In this document: in pieces, positions 37,774 through 51,804 of the stretch
How positions within the stretch are numbered: the first letter of the stretch is position 1
Layout: each line of letters starts with the position of its first letter
DNA from: Octopus bimaculoides
Lineage: Eukaryota
DNA: 64,000 nucleotides
NCBI RefSeq assembly: GCF_001194135.2
Contig: NC_068982.1
Span: 31,278,617-31,342,616 of the forward strand
Direction of reading: 5' to 3'
Program-made: the position numbers and the translations under genes
The notes under the pieces: model-generated
What the model saw: only the letters and a program-made list of their open reading frames with translations
Database searches by the model: none
What the model was told of the DNA's origin: nothing

Positions 37774-39589
37774 TTTGAAAGTAATAACTGGTGGATTCAT
37801 TATCACAAGTCTGTAAGAGTACTTTCTAAATATGTCTAATAGTCTTCCTGAAAGAAGCAAAAACACGTATTTCTACATTATATTAGAAATGAAGATATCT
37901 CTGTGATTGAACCATCAGTCTCCAATGACTCATCTCGAAGCTATTTCATTGTTATCATTATACGTTACCCTGTTGATATGAGCTTCCTTACTCTATTCAA
38001 ACTTCACTTTTGCTAAAACACTATCAATACATCAATTATCCTTCATTATACAGTGTGCTTTATTTTGAATCTTCCTCAGTTTAGATACATTGAAATGGAA
38101 ACTATATACACATAGTTATTCTAGCAAAGCCAATACTCTGTCCTATGTACCAAACTATACTCTCAATCAAACTATGATAATATAAAATAATTACAGGCCC
38201 AATAATTTCTACTCAGAGAAATAGCGATGAATTATTTCTGTTTCAAAGAACCATGTCTATTTGGTTAGAGTATATTCGTAATTTATGAGAATTATTTGAT
38301 CTCCTAAATGTAATTACGATTTTATTAGCAGTGAAAACGTAGTAGCTGAATTAATTTGTGCCATATCACTTTTAATAACACTACAAATAGCCTAAATACT
38401 TAATTTAAATGTAGTTAGGTCTAATAAGTTAAAATAAAAGACTTTTCTTTCTGACGGAGTAGGAAGAATATATTGGAAATGAAATTTCTCTTCACATTTC
38501 ATCAATCAAGTGGAAATTATTACTTTAAAAAGAAGATGTGATGGCTTTTCTACAATATCGTTCTAAGAGACTCAAGTTCAAACACTGTCTGAAAGGTATA
38601 ATGTGCCTCTAAATATTGTAATATATATATATATGAACATATGAATAGTGACTAGTTGATATGTTTCTTAAATACTCCCTTTTTAACCTTAAGTAAACGT
38701 TTAGGCTAGGACCAGATTTAAACTATTGGGCGGCCGGTGCACTTCAGATCCGGTGGGCTCCCTCATGCACAAGGTTTTAAATTTTGGAAAATTAGCAAAT
38801 TTATATCTCAAAACCCATCTATCGCATGCAAACTTAAATAAAAGATCGAAAAGGTCGCCTTATAGAAGCATTTTTCAAAATTCAAATAATCTTCTTTACA
38901 CATTCACTTGCAGTGTTTGATTCTTCTTTCATTGCGAAAAGTACACTGAAGTAGGGAAGAGAGGGTAAGATTCTTTTTCTTTAACGCGAGTTACAAATGT
39001 TTCAGAATGTAAAATACGATAAAATTACAGAAAATAACGAAAAAGCAAAATATAACATTTTAGAGATTGTTGTTCCAAAGGTATGATGAGTGAGTTTTTG
39101 CGAAGGGAGAGACAAAAACGTATTGCATCGAGTAAGCTATGTTATTCAATATATACAGTATACAGTTATGAACTACTGATAGTTTTATGCTTTGGAGATA
39201 TAGTCTAGGCAAATTTTCATAACATGCCTTGTGTCTCTTAGCACTCTTAAGGGTCTGAGTTCAAAGCCTATACAATTTACAAATGAAGACGCTAGAACAA
39301 GGGAAATCACGCAAAACAACAAGATGGATGCAAAAAGTGGAACAGTGAAAGAAAAGGGAGGTAGAACAAAAAGAAAAATACAGTTATATTCCATTTTGCT
39401 GTAAAGCCATAATAAATGGCGTTGTAGAATGAATCAACGGAAATGGGTTGAAATTCAGCGATGCAGCTGCTCAATCCGGAGACGGTGGTCTCCTTCAAAA
39501 AGAAATATTTTCGTTTGGCGATTTAATAACGAGTTTTGACTGTTATTTCAAGCAGGTAGACATACTTAGTATGTCCTTTGATTAATTTG

Positions 39590-39628
<39 letters not shown>

Positions 39629-40928
39629 AGTATGTATGTATGTATGTATGTATTGATATAGATACATACATACATACATGCATAGATACATACATACATA
39701 CATACACACATACATACATACATACATACATACAGACATACGCATATACACACACATATATATATATATATATTTGTATGTGTGTGTTCGAATAGAATAT
39801 GACTAAAAAGTACGCAATACATTTAAAGTGCAAAGTCAATGTTCTTTTAAGTAGGTCAGTGTTTTCTCGATATTAGTGAAGAGTCCGTGTGTTTGTTGCT
39901 GAGAGAACCAATTAAGAAGATATTAGAAATATATCGGGAAGGAACACAGTTGGTGGAGCGCCTATTGGTTAGCAAATGGATAATGAATCCAGAGAGAGTT
40001 ATTCCTTTACGCATACCTACACAAGTATATGTATGCATTTGCAGACATACATTGACGCTCATACAAAGACAAACACGCACACAAACATACAGGCACGGTC
40101 ATTATTATAAATAATCTCAATATAAAAACATTATTCATTTCAAGAAGCAGAACAGTATTATACAGTCATTTATATATGTATATATATATATATATATATA
40201 TNNNNNNNNNNNNNNNNNNNNNNNNNNNNNNNNNNNNNNNNNNNNNNNNNNNNNNNNNNNNNNNNNNNNNNNNNNNNNNNNNNNNNNNNNNNNNNNNNNN
40301 NNNNNNNNNNNNNNNNNNNNNNNNNNNNNNNNNNNNNNNNNNNNNNNNNNNNNNNNNNNNNNNNNNNNNNNNNNNNNNNNNNNNNNNNNNNNNNNNNNNN
40401 NNNNNNNNNNNNNNNNNNNNNNNNNNNNNNNNNNNNNNNNNNNNNNNNNNNNNNNNNNNNNNNNNNNNNNNNNNNNNNNNNNNNNNNNNNNNNNNNNNNN
40501 NNNNNNNNNNNNNNNNNNNNNNNNNNNNNNNNNNNNNNNNNNNNNNNNNNNNNNNNNNNNNNNNNNNNNNNNNNNNNNNNNNNNNNNNNNNNNNNNNNNN
40601 NNNNNNNNNNNNNNNNNNNNNNNNNNNNNNNNNNNNNNNNNNNNNNNNNNNNNNNNNNNNNNNNNNNNNNNNNNNNNNNNNNNNNNNNNNNNNNNNNNNN
40701 NNNNNNNNNNNNNNNNNTATATAATACACATACGTAGGGAGAATGAGAAAAAGAATGAGAGAGGGAGAGAGAGAGAGATGGTTTGTTTCAGAGTTGGATA
40801 CAACTGTATGTTATCCGCTGTTGGTTACATGATTTTTAGACACAATAATAACATCAAGAACAAAGTAGCAAAATCAACACCATGCACAAGATTAGATGAC
40901 ACCTTCCAATATATTATATATTAAGATG

Positions 40929-40947
40929 AGTGTGTGTGTGTGTGTAT

Positions 40948-41032
<85 letters not shown>

Positions 41033-41130
41033 CATACAGAGAAAGAGGGGAAGGGTCAGATAGATAGCTAGATAGATAGATAGGTAGATTGATAGGTAAA
41101 TAGATGGATGGATGGATGGATGGATAGATA
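40929..41130. repeat. (TG)n and (GATA/GATG)n microsatellites
   Basis: Directly visible. Confidence 0.95.
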
Positions 41131-41914
41131 ATAAATATATGGTATACACCTGGCTGGCAGCGTACTGGTAAAGCACGTTCAGTTTCACAGTGTTCATTAG
41201 GTATTTGAATTATGAAAGATGGAAGATACGAAAATGTTTATTAAATACTACAATTGTTTCGACTCATCTAGCATCGATCCCTCACCGGTGGGATACTTAG
41301 AATCTGGTTTAGGAGTATCCAACGATCTAGATGTTACTGTTCGGGTGATTACAAGTTGTATTCTGTTATTAGAACGACTGTTCTGCAAGATATCTTTTCG
41401 GAACAGCAGTACATAGAGGATACAGCTTCATTTTTGTATAAGACCAATAATCAATAACGGATGCAAAAATTAGCGAAAAGACAATACAGCGGAAAAAGTA
41501 TTAAATATGACCATTAATAGATATGGTTGTATAAACGTCCTCGCTTTGGTTGCACTGCACACGTACACTCGCTCCTACAAACATCCATGAAGATATAAGC
41601 ATACGCACATGCATCGTTTCGCGCATATACGCTTACATGGCAATTTAATTATTTATAAGTTTATAAAGTATGGAGAAGGTAGAGTTAAACTTAATTAATC
41701 TATACCTCAATGTAAATTGTGAATATTAATTTGGTTAACGGTTACTCAAATTTGTAGCAATTTCTTTTTTCTCCAGATAGAAACAGCAATAGTTTTATGT
41801 GCCTTTCTGTCACGGCAATATTTTTGATGACTTAAATTTCTCGTACATAAAGAGCTTTTGGTTCAAGCTATTCGAGGTGCATTTTTGAAAAGTCATTAAA
41901 CCTCCAGGAAGTTA

Positions 41915-42270
41915 TATGAAATGTCGATTGTGCCACAAGAGAATAGAATATAATACTCACATCATCAATCACCATCCAAATATATCCGCAAATACTGTTG
42001 CCTTTCCCAGACATGAAGTTGCCAAAACTATCAACAATTCTACACGGTGTGAATACATTTGGCTAGGGACCAGAAGTCGTGCACTGCTTTAGAGATCAAC
42101 AGACAGGTGGGTATGAAAGTTTGTTCAAAAATTGGAGAAAATGTGATAATCTAGAGAGAACTGACAAACAAACTCATGGTATAGATTCCATGTACACCTA
42201 TTATTTGTACTGGTCTATGCAAGAACACAATTGCATCGAGTCTAAAAATGCTAGATTACCCTAAGAAAGA
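41915..42270 (+). mobile_element. Very old RLE LINE zinc-knuckle remnant
   Basis: KCRLCHKRIEYNTHIIN..RHEVAK resembles the CRxC..ETxxHI..C..RHDxVA motif of the other RLE copies. Confidence 0.45.
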
Positions 42271-43225
42271 GCAGCAAGAAGCATTTATCTTTCTCTAGAT
42301 ATTATTTGTGAATCATTCCAGGGATTCTCCATTTAATGTTCATGGAACAAGGTAAGGAAAAACGGATCAAGTATTAATTGAATACACATCCAGACCCAAA
42401 TATATTCGTACATATACACATGCGTACACGCACACATACACACATGCATATATATATATATATATNNNNNNNNNNNNNNNNNNNNNNNNNNNNNNNNNNN
42501 NNNNNNNNNNNNNNNNNNNNNNNNNNNNNNNNNNNNNNNNNNNNNNNNNNNNNNNNNNNNNNNNNNNNNNNNNNNNNNNNNNNNNNNNNNNNNNNNNNNN
42601 NNNNNNNNNNNNNNNNNNNNNNNNNNNNNNNNNNNNNNNNNNNNNNNNNNNNNNNNNNNNNNNNNNNNNNNNNNNNNNNNNNNNNNNNNNNNNNNNNNNN
42701 NNNNNNNNNNNNNNNNNNNNNNNNNNNNNNNNNNNNNNNNNNNNNNNNNNNNNNNNNNNNNNNNNNNNNNNNNNNNNNNNNNNNNNNNNNNNNNNNNNNN
42801 NNNNNNNNNNNNNNNNNNNNNNNNNNNNNNNNNNNNNNNNNNNNNNNNNNNNNNNNNNNNNNNNNNNNNNNNNNNNNNNNNNNNNNNNNNNNNNNNNNNN
42901 NNNNNNNNNNNNNNNNNNNNNNNNNNNNNNNNNNNNNNNNNNNNNNNNNNNNNNNNNNNNNNNNNNNNNNNNNNNNNNNNNNNNNNNNNNNNNNNNNNNN
43001 NNNNNNNNNNNNNNNNNNNNNNNNNNNNNNNNNNNNNNNNNNNNNNNNNNNNNNNNNNNNNNNNNNNNNNNNNNNNNNNNNNNNNNNNNNNNNNNNNNNN
43101 NNNNNNNNNNNNNNNNNNNNNNNNNNNNNNNNNNNNNNNNNNNNNNNNNNNNNNNNNNNNNNNNNNNNNNNNNNNNNNNNNNNNNNNNNNNNNNNNNNNN
43201 NNNNNNNNNNNNNNNNNNNNNNNNN

Positions 43226-43265
<40 letters not shown>

Positions 43266-43386
43266 ATATGTATAAGTATATATTTGTGCGTGTATGTATG
43301 TGTGTGTGTTTTTCTGTATCTTTCATGTACACGGGATTAACCTGGACATTTGAGTGTTATTCATGCTTAATTTACTTTTTCAGTTC

Positions 43387-43406
43387 TTTTATTATTATTA
43401 TTATTA

Positions 43407-43453
<47 letters not shown>

Positions 43454-43475
43454 ATTATTATTATTATTGTTACTA
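43387..43475. repeat. (TAT)n microsatellite
   Basis: Directly visible. Confidence 0.95.
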
Positions 43476-44045
43476 TTATTGGGAATCAACTAAAAGCTCA
43501 GTACATTTGGTAAAATCATTATATAATCCCAGTCTAGGACCTTGACTTACTCAAAATTTTGTATCCTTGTCATTGGAAATTTCTCAAACATTTATTGCGT
43601 CTATTATATGGAAACGTGTTTCATGCCATTGTGCCTCGAATAAACGCTAGTTTAGCAAATTCGAAATGTGCACATGTAATTTTTACGTATACTAATACTA
43701 ACATGTACAGCTATACATACACACTCATTCAAACACAGAAACAATTTATCAAACAACTCACAGGCATTCACACAGCCTCAGACACACACTGTCTTCTGCA
43801 CACACATATGGAATGATACACACATACACTGATATATATGTGTACATGTATGAATGTCTGAAATAATGCGACTAAAGATTATTCATTATTGTTTGCATCG
43901 AGTTTCATGTCTGCAGGACATTCATCAGACAATGTTTTTATCAGCAAAAATTTTCCAAAGACTTTCTAAAATTTTGGCTTAATAAACACGGAGAACATAA
44001 GCCCAAAATATATAATCTGTGGTTTTCATTGCTTTATACGCATAT

Positions 44046-44112
<67 letters not shown>

Positions 44113-44212
44113 TCTAAACACTCTCACACACAAGCACACACACGTGTGTGTGTTTCTGTAATATGAGAATATATGTAAGAGAGTATGCTAGAGAGATAAG
44201 GGAGACAAAATT

Positions 44213-44234
44213 ATGCGTAACAATGTAAAAATAG
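44213..44234 (+). CDS. Candidate first coding exon (phase 1)
   Basis: ATGCGTAACAATGTAAAAATAG|GTAGCC encodes MRNNVKI; splices in frame to 44398-44436. Confidence 0.25.
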
Positions 44235-44397
44235 GTAGCCAGTGGCAGTGGTTAGGGCAGTTGATAAAAATTGTTGCAAGCCGGAAGCAAAGATATTATG
44301 AATATACAACCATAATCTAATAGCTGCAAAATGCATAAGCACTAGTATGTAGTGGCATTTACTGAAATTCGTTTAATATTTTACCGATCCCTTGCAG

Positions 44398-44436
44398 AAG
44401 GTATTTTACTCGCTTTGCTTTTCAGTATGGAAGCAG
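44398..44436 (+). CDS. Candidate signal-peptide exon (phase 1-1) of a secreted or membrane protein
   Basis: Strong acceptor TTTTACCGATCCCTTGCAG and strong donor CAG|GTAAGA; 39 nt encoding (E)GILLALLFSMEA. Confidence 0.5.
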
Positions 44437-45910
44437 GTAAGAAGATGATATTAGAAAATATATTATAAAGCTGTTAAATATTTAAAGAGATAAATTGTCA
44501 GTATGAACATATAAACGCGCGAAAAAGTTATTTGAAGATCCTATCGTCCAGGTAGAACAAGAAATATTTGAGAAATGATAGTGACTTGAAAAAAGTTGTG
44601 ATTCTTCAGTATTTAAATAACATCAATTATGCATCTTTGTTAACCTCTCCACCGAATTATACTGCGGGGATGTGAAAAGTTGTGTCATGGTTATATGCAA
44701 TTAAACTACTTTCTACTGTTTTTAGTGTTCTCGTTTGATAACCTTTTTTAGAAAGATGTAATAAAACTTCTGATGGAGATTTGTTTGAAATATTAACGCA
44801 ATTTTGTTTTTCTTTTAAAAAGTAAAAAGCATTCAAGCTGTTATCATCGATCCTGTTTTCAAGCATAATTGCATCTACTTTTATAATAATATTATATCCT
44901 TCTTGTCAAGATGTTATTTTATTAAGATGAGAGATATATACTCATTATTTGAAGCTAGTTGAGGCTCCTCGTGAAGTCGTCCATGCAGTTGATTGAAACA
45001 TTTGCAACATCATACTTCGTCGTGCTATTTCACGAGAGCAGTCTTTTATCTTTATCTTGTCAATTTACAAAGCCTAAAGTGTAACTACTGCTAGGAAAGG
45101 ACAGAAACCCTTTATGTTTATTGAATATTAGAAGCCATGTAAAAATATCTAATGACCTCAGAAGTTCAGAAAATTAGCTAAAGAAAGAAAAGCCTGGAGA
45201 TAACAAATTATTGACAGTAATATGATATCCGTGGCAACATGAGAGAAGGCAGTAGAAAGAGAAGGGCGGAGAGGATAATGAGAAGGACACCGTCATAAGG
45301 AAAACGACGACGGCCTCAATGATTACGATGATGGCAATAATTATAATGAGGATGAGGATGATGGTGGTGAGGATAAAGATAAAAAGGAAACTATGCTGAT
45401 ATCGATGGTCGGTATAAAGCTTTTGTTTTGCACGATTACAATATTTATGAGATAGATGCAATCATCTGAATCTAACCCATGGTATTTCAAATATTTATTT
45501 TATAGCATATCGATGGAAGTAAGTCCTTGTGAAATATCGTAGGATTTATAGACAGGAATTAACCTGAAGACAATTAGTTAAGCACATTACTACTTCTAAC
45601 GCTTTTATTATTTTTGGTATCAATAAACATATAGAACTGTGGATGAGTTCTTGTCAATGTAGTAGAGTACTATTGTCAGATAATATATATGTGGAGACTA
45701 GCATGAACTGTTTCATTATAGCTAATTCATAAAACTTAGCTTTAAATTTATAAAAGTAGAAATTAACGGAAATCAAAATCAAAGTATTATACGTATGAGA
45801 AACGTAGCATAACATGATAGTTTGATTTGAGAGCACGGAAGCAGAAAATTGTTGAAAAATGAAACAATATAAAGAGAATACACTCGAGATAAACTTCGTT
45901 ATTTGAATAC

Positions 45911-46324
45911 TCTTTTACGCTTTTACTTGTTTCAGTCATTTGACTGTGGCCATGCTGGAGCACCGCCTTTTAGTCGAGCAAATCGACCCCATGACTTATT
46001 CTTTGGAAGCCTAGTACTTATTCTATCGGTCTCTTTTGCCGAGCCGCTAAGTTACGGGGGCGTAAACACACCAGCATCGGTTGTCAAGCGATGTTGGTGG
46101 GACAAACACAGACACACAAACATATACACACACACATACATATACATATATATACATATATACGACGGGCTTCATTCAGTTTCCGTCTACTAAATCCACT
46201 CACACGGCTTTGGTCGGCCCGAGGCTATAGTAGAAGACACTTGCCCAAGGTGCCACGCAGTGGGACTGAACCCGGAACCATATGGTTGGTAAGCAAGTTA
46301 CTTACCACACAGCCACTCCTACGC
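45911..46324 (-). mobile_element. SINE family 1, full length, young
   Basis: Reverse complement of the 32961-33331 type; complete tail TTTTACTTGTTTCAGTCATTTGACTGTGGCCATGCTGGAGCACCGCC. Confidence 0.92.
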
Positions 46325-46755
46325 TTTTTGGAAAGCATGTGTCCTAGGATTCTCAATTCTAAATACGATTGCGTATAAAATTTTTAAAAAGCGTATCATG
46401 TTTGAACACTTGCATCCAGGATATCATATTCTGAAATAATGGGTGAAGTAAAAGAAAAGGTTGCATTTAGAAGCATTTGGATAATGTATAAAAAAGAAAG
46501 TGATAAAAGTGTGTTCACAAATGTTTGGGATTTGGCATTTAATGTCAACTTTTATTCATGAGACTAAATTTTCTTTATAATTATATTACATATACCTTTT
46601 TTTAAATTTTTTCTTTAATTTCATATTCCGAAAGAGACAGTTTAAAATATTTATTTATTTAAAAAATAACTCTTTGCCTGTTGTAGTAAGGACTTAGTCA
46701 TGTACTAAGAAGAAGTACATGACTAATTCTCTTGTAATTTTGTTCTAATAATTGA

Positions 46756-47190
46756 AAGGCGGCGAGCTGGCAGAAACGTTAACGCGTCAGGCGAAATGCT
46801 TAGCGGTATTTCGTCTGCCGTTACGTTCTGAGTTCAAATTCCGCCGAGGTCGACTTTGCCTTTCATCCTTTCGGGGTCGATAAATTAAGTACCAGTTACG
46901 CTGTGGGGTCGATATAATCGACTTAATTCCTTTGTCTGTCTATGTTTGTCCCCTCTATGTTTAGCCCTTGTGGGCAATAAAGAAATAAGAAATGTTTGCA
47001 CGCCGAGCGAAACACCTAGCGTTATTTCGTCTGTCTTTATGCTCTGAGTTCAAATTTCGCCGAGGTCGACTTTACCTTTCATCCTTTCGGGGTCGATAAA
47101 TTAAGTACCAGTTGTGTAATGATGTCAATCTAATTGACCGGTCCCCTCCCAAGAAATTTCTAGCCTTGTGCTTAGAGTAGACAAGAATAT
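46756..47190 (+). mobile_element. SINE family 2 A-in-B composite
   Basis: Head GGCGGCGAGCTGGCAGAAACGTT, B box GAGTTCAAATTCC; A tail ..GGGCAATAAAGAAATA joins AGAAATGTTTGC, then a B body and tail CCTTGTGCTTAGAGTAG. Confidence 0.9.
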
Positions 47191-49589
47191 TGATATAATT
47201 GATTGAATTAATCCTAATGTAGCCAACAAAATTTATTTCATACGAGAGTTGGAAAGCGAATCTGTTTAAGCAACCGATAATCAGCAGATCGCATTAAGTA
47301 ACCTAAAGATTGTTGAAAGAAACTCATTATACCGATGTTCAATTTTCAATATCATAAAATAAATCGCCTATTTCCTTCCTTCTTCAGACATGAAGATTTA
47401 GGACATTTTTTTATTTATTTATTTGTAGCATATCTACTAATTGCATGCATTAGAAAGTTGCAGTCCATCGATTATACCAGTATGTTCACAACTGGCTGTA
47501 AGGAGTGCAAGGATTCCGCGTAAAATTGTTCCGCGCAATACTCGGTGTACAACTAATATCAACAAGATCAAGTTAATGGTTGTATGATCAAAAGAATGTG
47601 CAATGCTTCGGCTCGATGGTCCGCTGAAAGATGTGATCCTTAGTCCTTATATCTACAGTAATTGTTACAATGCCAGAAGATCTGCAGCAGATTGAGTTTG
47701 GATCACTCATCAATGAGCGACCAGAACAGCGTGTCACGTGTTAACTGTGCATCCCTTAATACAAAGACGTGATTGGTACGGTCGCTGGTTACTTCAGCTG
47801 TTCTGTTCAGCTGTGATGCATAGCTGCAAATTACAAGGCAATAGTGCAAAGATGACAGTTACGAGCTGTAGCGCTGGCATTACGTACAACAAATCACTGC
47901 ACGAACAGTGAGATCGCATAAATTCTAGACGAGATAAATAATACTCTTAGAGGAAAACATTTAGTGCAAAAGTGGAAACTAAATCATTTTGTATATATTT
48001 ACTGTTACCCGGTCAATAGCATCGGACAAGTAAATTATTTAGGGTAAACTTCGGTGTGGGTAAACACGTATGTTTATAACGTAAAATAGCAAATGGGTAG
48101 CTAATCTATAAATCTCTTTGTGAAACTCTTCAGAACAGATAATAGTGGTAGTCGTTTGTCAAAGAATTTACCAACTATAGTTCGTGAGCCGATGTCCCAA
48201 TGGAAAAGGTTTGATTTATTTTAATTTATCAATGATGTATGTATATTTATCTTCATTGTATGTTTATCTCCATTGATCCAAAATGTCTCGTTCCTACCGG
48301 GACAGTTCTGGCAGAGTGCAGAGTAGATTTGTCCTCTAATGGTATCTGAATTTTATTCAAATTAGTCTAAGCAACATTCAAATACTAAGAAGGCAGAAAC
48401 AACAATGGCCAAGAGATAGATATTCAGAAGTATTAAATGCGATACTTGAGAGATAGTAATTAACGATTGTATTAATGATAAATTTATAACTAAATTGTCA
48501 GAAATTAGCTCTTTTGAAGTGGGGGGTAAAATTACGGATAAAGATTACGTACGTTTTTACTGTTTAGATTCTGTGCTTTCGTTTATAATCTATTGAACTA
48601 GTAATGTAGAATACCAACCGTAAATAACCGGAAGATTTGTGCAGAAAACTAAATAAAAATTGATGTAAGAATGTAATTATTGTATATTTTCATGGGATGA
48701 GTTTTAACCTATTTTCTTGGTTTGGGAAATGAAATTCTATTTCTCTTTTCCTTTAATCATAGGTAAACACAATACTCCATGTGATACAAAATACTTTAAA
48801 TCTACAGTTAATGAAAATATTTCGATTTAATTCCAAGGCTAGAATATAATATGCGAAAGAAAATATCTAAATAGTGAATGTTAACAAGTATTAACTTCTA
48901 GAAATAAATGTGGCTTATATTTACAAATAAAAAATAAACATGGAACACACAACATAAATGTAAATTATGAAATTGTTTATAAAATCATCCTAATATATCA
49001 AAATTGATAAATCCCTCACCTTAGATAGATCTCAAAAGTTAAGCTGTACTGCATATAGAGATAAAGCAAATTACAGCTCTATGCAAAAATGATTTACTTA
49101 CTGTTGCTTGTAACATTCTAAATACTACTGCTTTCACTGTCATATAACCTTCCTACTTATAGTTCGTACTCACAGCATTTAAAAGCTGCGTTTTCAATAG
49201 GTCCAACAATGGGGACATGCAATATACGATCTTCGACAGAATAATGGTAGCATTATGGTACCATAAACAAACGAGATGCTTTTCTCTATATTTTCTATAC
49301 AGTAAAACACCTCAGAATTAAAGCCAATCAATAATGATCTGTCTCATAGCGACCTTATTTTAGAGTTGCCACAGAACCAATGAAGCAATGCAGGAGGCTT
49401 AATTACTTCTGATGTTCTTCAATATACAATAATTATCTGCGTTAGCCAAAACTTTCTTATCTCACCTAAAGTTACAGAGTCAAACGTTCAAGCGTGGACA
49501 AAAAACGCTTCACCATAGTATCATAAACCCTTACTAATCTAAAAGCTGTTTGATTTTGTCTAATAATAGTCAGTTATAGGTTTCTGTAT

Positions 49590-51800
49590 CAGAATATTCT
49601 GACCTACCAAATTCTGAACAAGTATAAAGATCTTGAAATAAAAATTGGCAAACGTGGCACCTCAAGACTAAAACGATACCTTTTGTCATAGGTGCCCTAG
49701 GAATGATAGGAAAAACAACTGCTTGCTACTTATCCCAGATACCAAGAAATCCAAAACTCAAAAAGGTTGTAAAAGTAATTCTTATGGATACAAAGATCAA
49801 TTACTCATAAATAAAATGATTGTGGAAAATTGCCGGAGCAAAAAGAAGAAACTAAGTATGGCATGGATTACAGAAAAGCGTTTGATAGTGTCCCACATAA
49901 TTGATTACTCAAGGCTCTTGAGATATATAAGATCTCTTTTGTCGTCTCCAAATTCTTACAAGGTGGGATGGCCAAGTGGAATACACGTCTCCTCCTACAC
50001 CATAGTAATGGGATGAGCCAATCTAACAACATCAGCATCAAACGAGGCATCTTTCAAGGTGACTCCCTCACTCTACTGTTTTGCATAGCACTGATCCCAC
50101 TCTCAAACGAACTGAGTAACACGAGATATGGGTTCAAAGAGTATACTATTATACTAAATCATCTGTTTTATATAGACGACCTGAAACTGTTTGCTAGAAA
50201 TGACGAAGAGCTAGTAGGATAGTTAACAACTGTTACAGATTTCAGCAATAACATTGTAATGGATTTTAGCCTAGATAAGTGTGCTAAAGCAACTTTTGTA
50301 AGAGGCAAGCTCAAACAAACAGCTTTCACTAAATTAGACACCGACACTATCATCAATGAGTTTGACCAAGAAGAAAGCTATAAATACCTGGGGATAAACG
50401 AAGGAGATGCTATACAACATGCTATTATGAAGGAAAAAAATAAGAAATGAGTATTACAGTAGAGTAAAGCTCATACTAAAAACTGAACTTAACTCCAAAA
50501 GTCACATCTAAGTCATTAACACCCTGTCATTAACCTTCCAGTATTCCAATAACTGGAATCTTACAGAGCTCCAACGCCTAGACAGGAAGACAAGAAATCT
50601 ACTAATATCTAAGAACGTGCATCACCCAAAAGCAGACGTTGATCGTCTGTACCTACCTAGAATTAATAGGGGAAGAGGAATGAAGCACGTAGAGGAATGA
50701 TGCACGTAGAGGAATGATGCACGTAGAGGAATGATGTAGGAATGATGCAGGTAATGCTATAAGACCTCCAAAATAGCAATGAACAAGTGCTTATTTACTA
50801 CAGAGAACTGGGTGCTGCGGCTTGTACGCAAACACGAAAGCAACAAGAAATCACATTCTATTGACAAGGAAGCTTGCAAATTCGCAAGGGAAGTCAGCAT
50901 TAACCTTAAATTAGATGAAGAACCTGAAATCACTGCCATCAAACAAACAAAACAGATCAAAGAGACTGCAAGAAAGAACGGGCAGAAACAAACTGAGGAG
51001 CATTGGAGTCAGAAGCCGCTGCATGAACCGTATATACTTCGAAGCCGAAATGCTGATGTCGACCAAACAACGACCTATCAGTGGCTGAGAAGATCAGGAC
51101 TGAAAGCAGAGACTGAAGGTTTCATATTAGCGGCACAAGATCAAAGCTTGCATACTAAAAACTACCGGGCTAGCGTTTTTCAAAACGGTTCTGACCCTAA
51201 ATGTAGATTCTGTGATACATTTGATGAAACAACAGACCATTTGTACTGACACCAAGTGAATACAAAAATTGCCACGATAGGTTAGGACAGTATTTACATT
51301 GGAGAATATGTAAACATTACAAATAAACACGCTTGCTTATTTGCATTAACATCATCTTGAGCCAGCCGTTGAAGGTAAAAATGTCATTATCCTCTGGGAT
51401 TTTCCAGTCAACACTGACAGAACGATCCAGTGTAATCGACCAAACATAGTCATTTAAGACAGAGAAGGAAATACTTGTAGACTAATAGATGTAAGAGTTC
51501 TCACTGATAAAAATATATATACAAAGGAATTTGACAAATTAAGTAAATATGAGGACCTGGAAATTAAAATACAAAGATGTGGCATCTTAAAGCCAAAACT
51601 GTTCCTATTATTGTGGGAGCCCTAGGTGTGATAAAAGGATGTCAGAAATATCTAAATAATATCCCAGGAGAACCATGTCTCAGGGAAATGTAAAAGATTG
51701 TGCAGATAAGTATTACCCACATCCTCAGAAAAACCCTATCAATTTAAATGTCTGTGTTGTATTACATGAAGATGTTTCGCTACTTCCCCTGCCACTTGCG
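49590..51800 (+). mobile_element. Dong/R4-like RLE LINE: RT, zinc knuckle, RLE and 3' UTR, preceded by a separate RLE 3' fragment (49590-49780)
   Basis: KDQLLINK..LSMAWI..RGIFQGDSL..HLFYIDDLKLF..YKYLG..HPKADVDRLY..WLRRSGLKAETEGFILAAQDQ..CRFCDTFDETTDH..LWDFP..RPNIV..VGALG; many stops. Confidence 0.93.
50674..50750 (+). repeat. 17-bp tandem amplification inside the LINE ORF
   Basis: AGAGGAATGA(A/T)GCACGT three times plus partial units. Confidence 0.9.
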
Positions 51801-51804
51801 TTCC

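Noticed and set aside
38708-38900. hAT/MITE-like end (AGGACCAGATTTAAAC..GGGCGGCC)
   Set aside because: Only one degenerate end, with no partner TIR or TSD found.
39855-40025. 57-codon AG..GT bounded frame
   Set aside because: Moderate splice sites next to microsatellites, and no phase-linked neighbouring exon that I could support.
46756-46850. tRNA gene
   Set aside because: A/B-box-like motifs are present but belong to a multi-copy SINE head without a cloverleaf; the same applies to the other heads.
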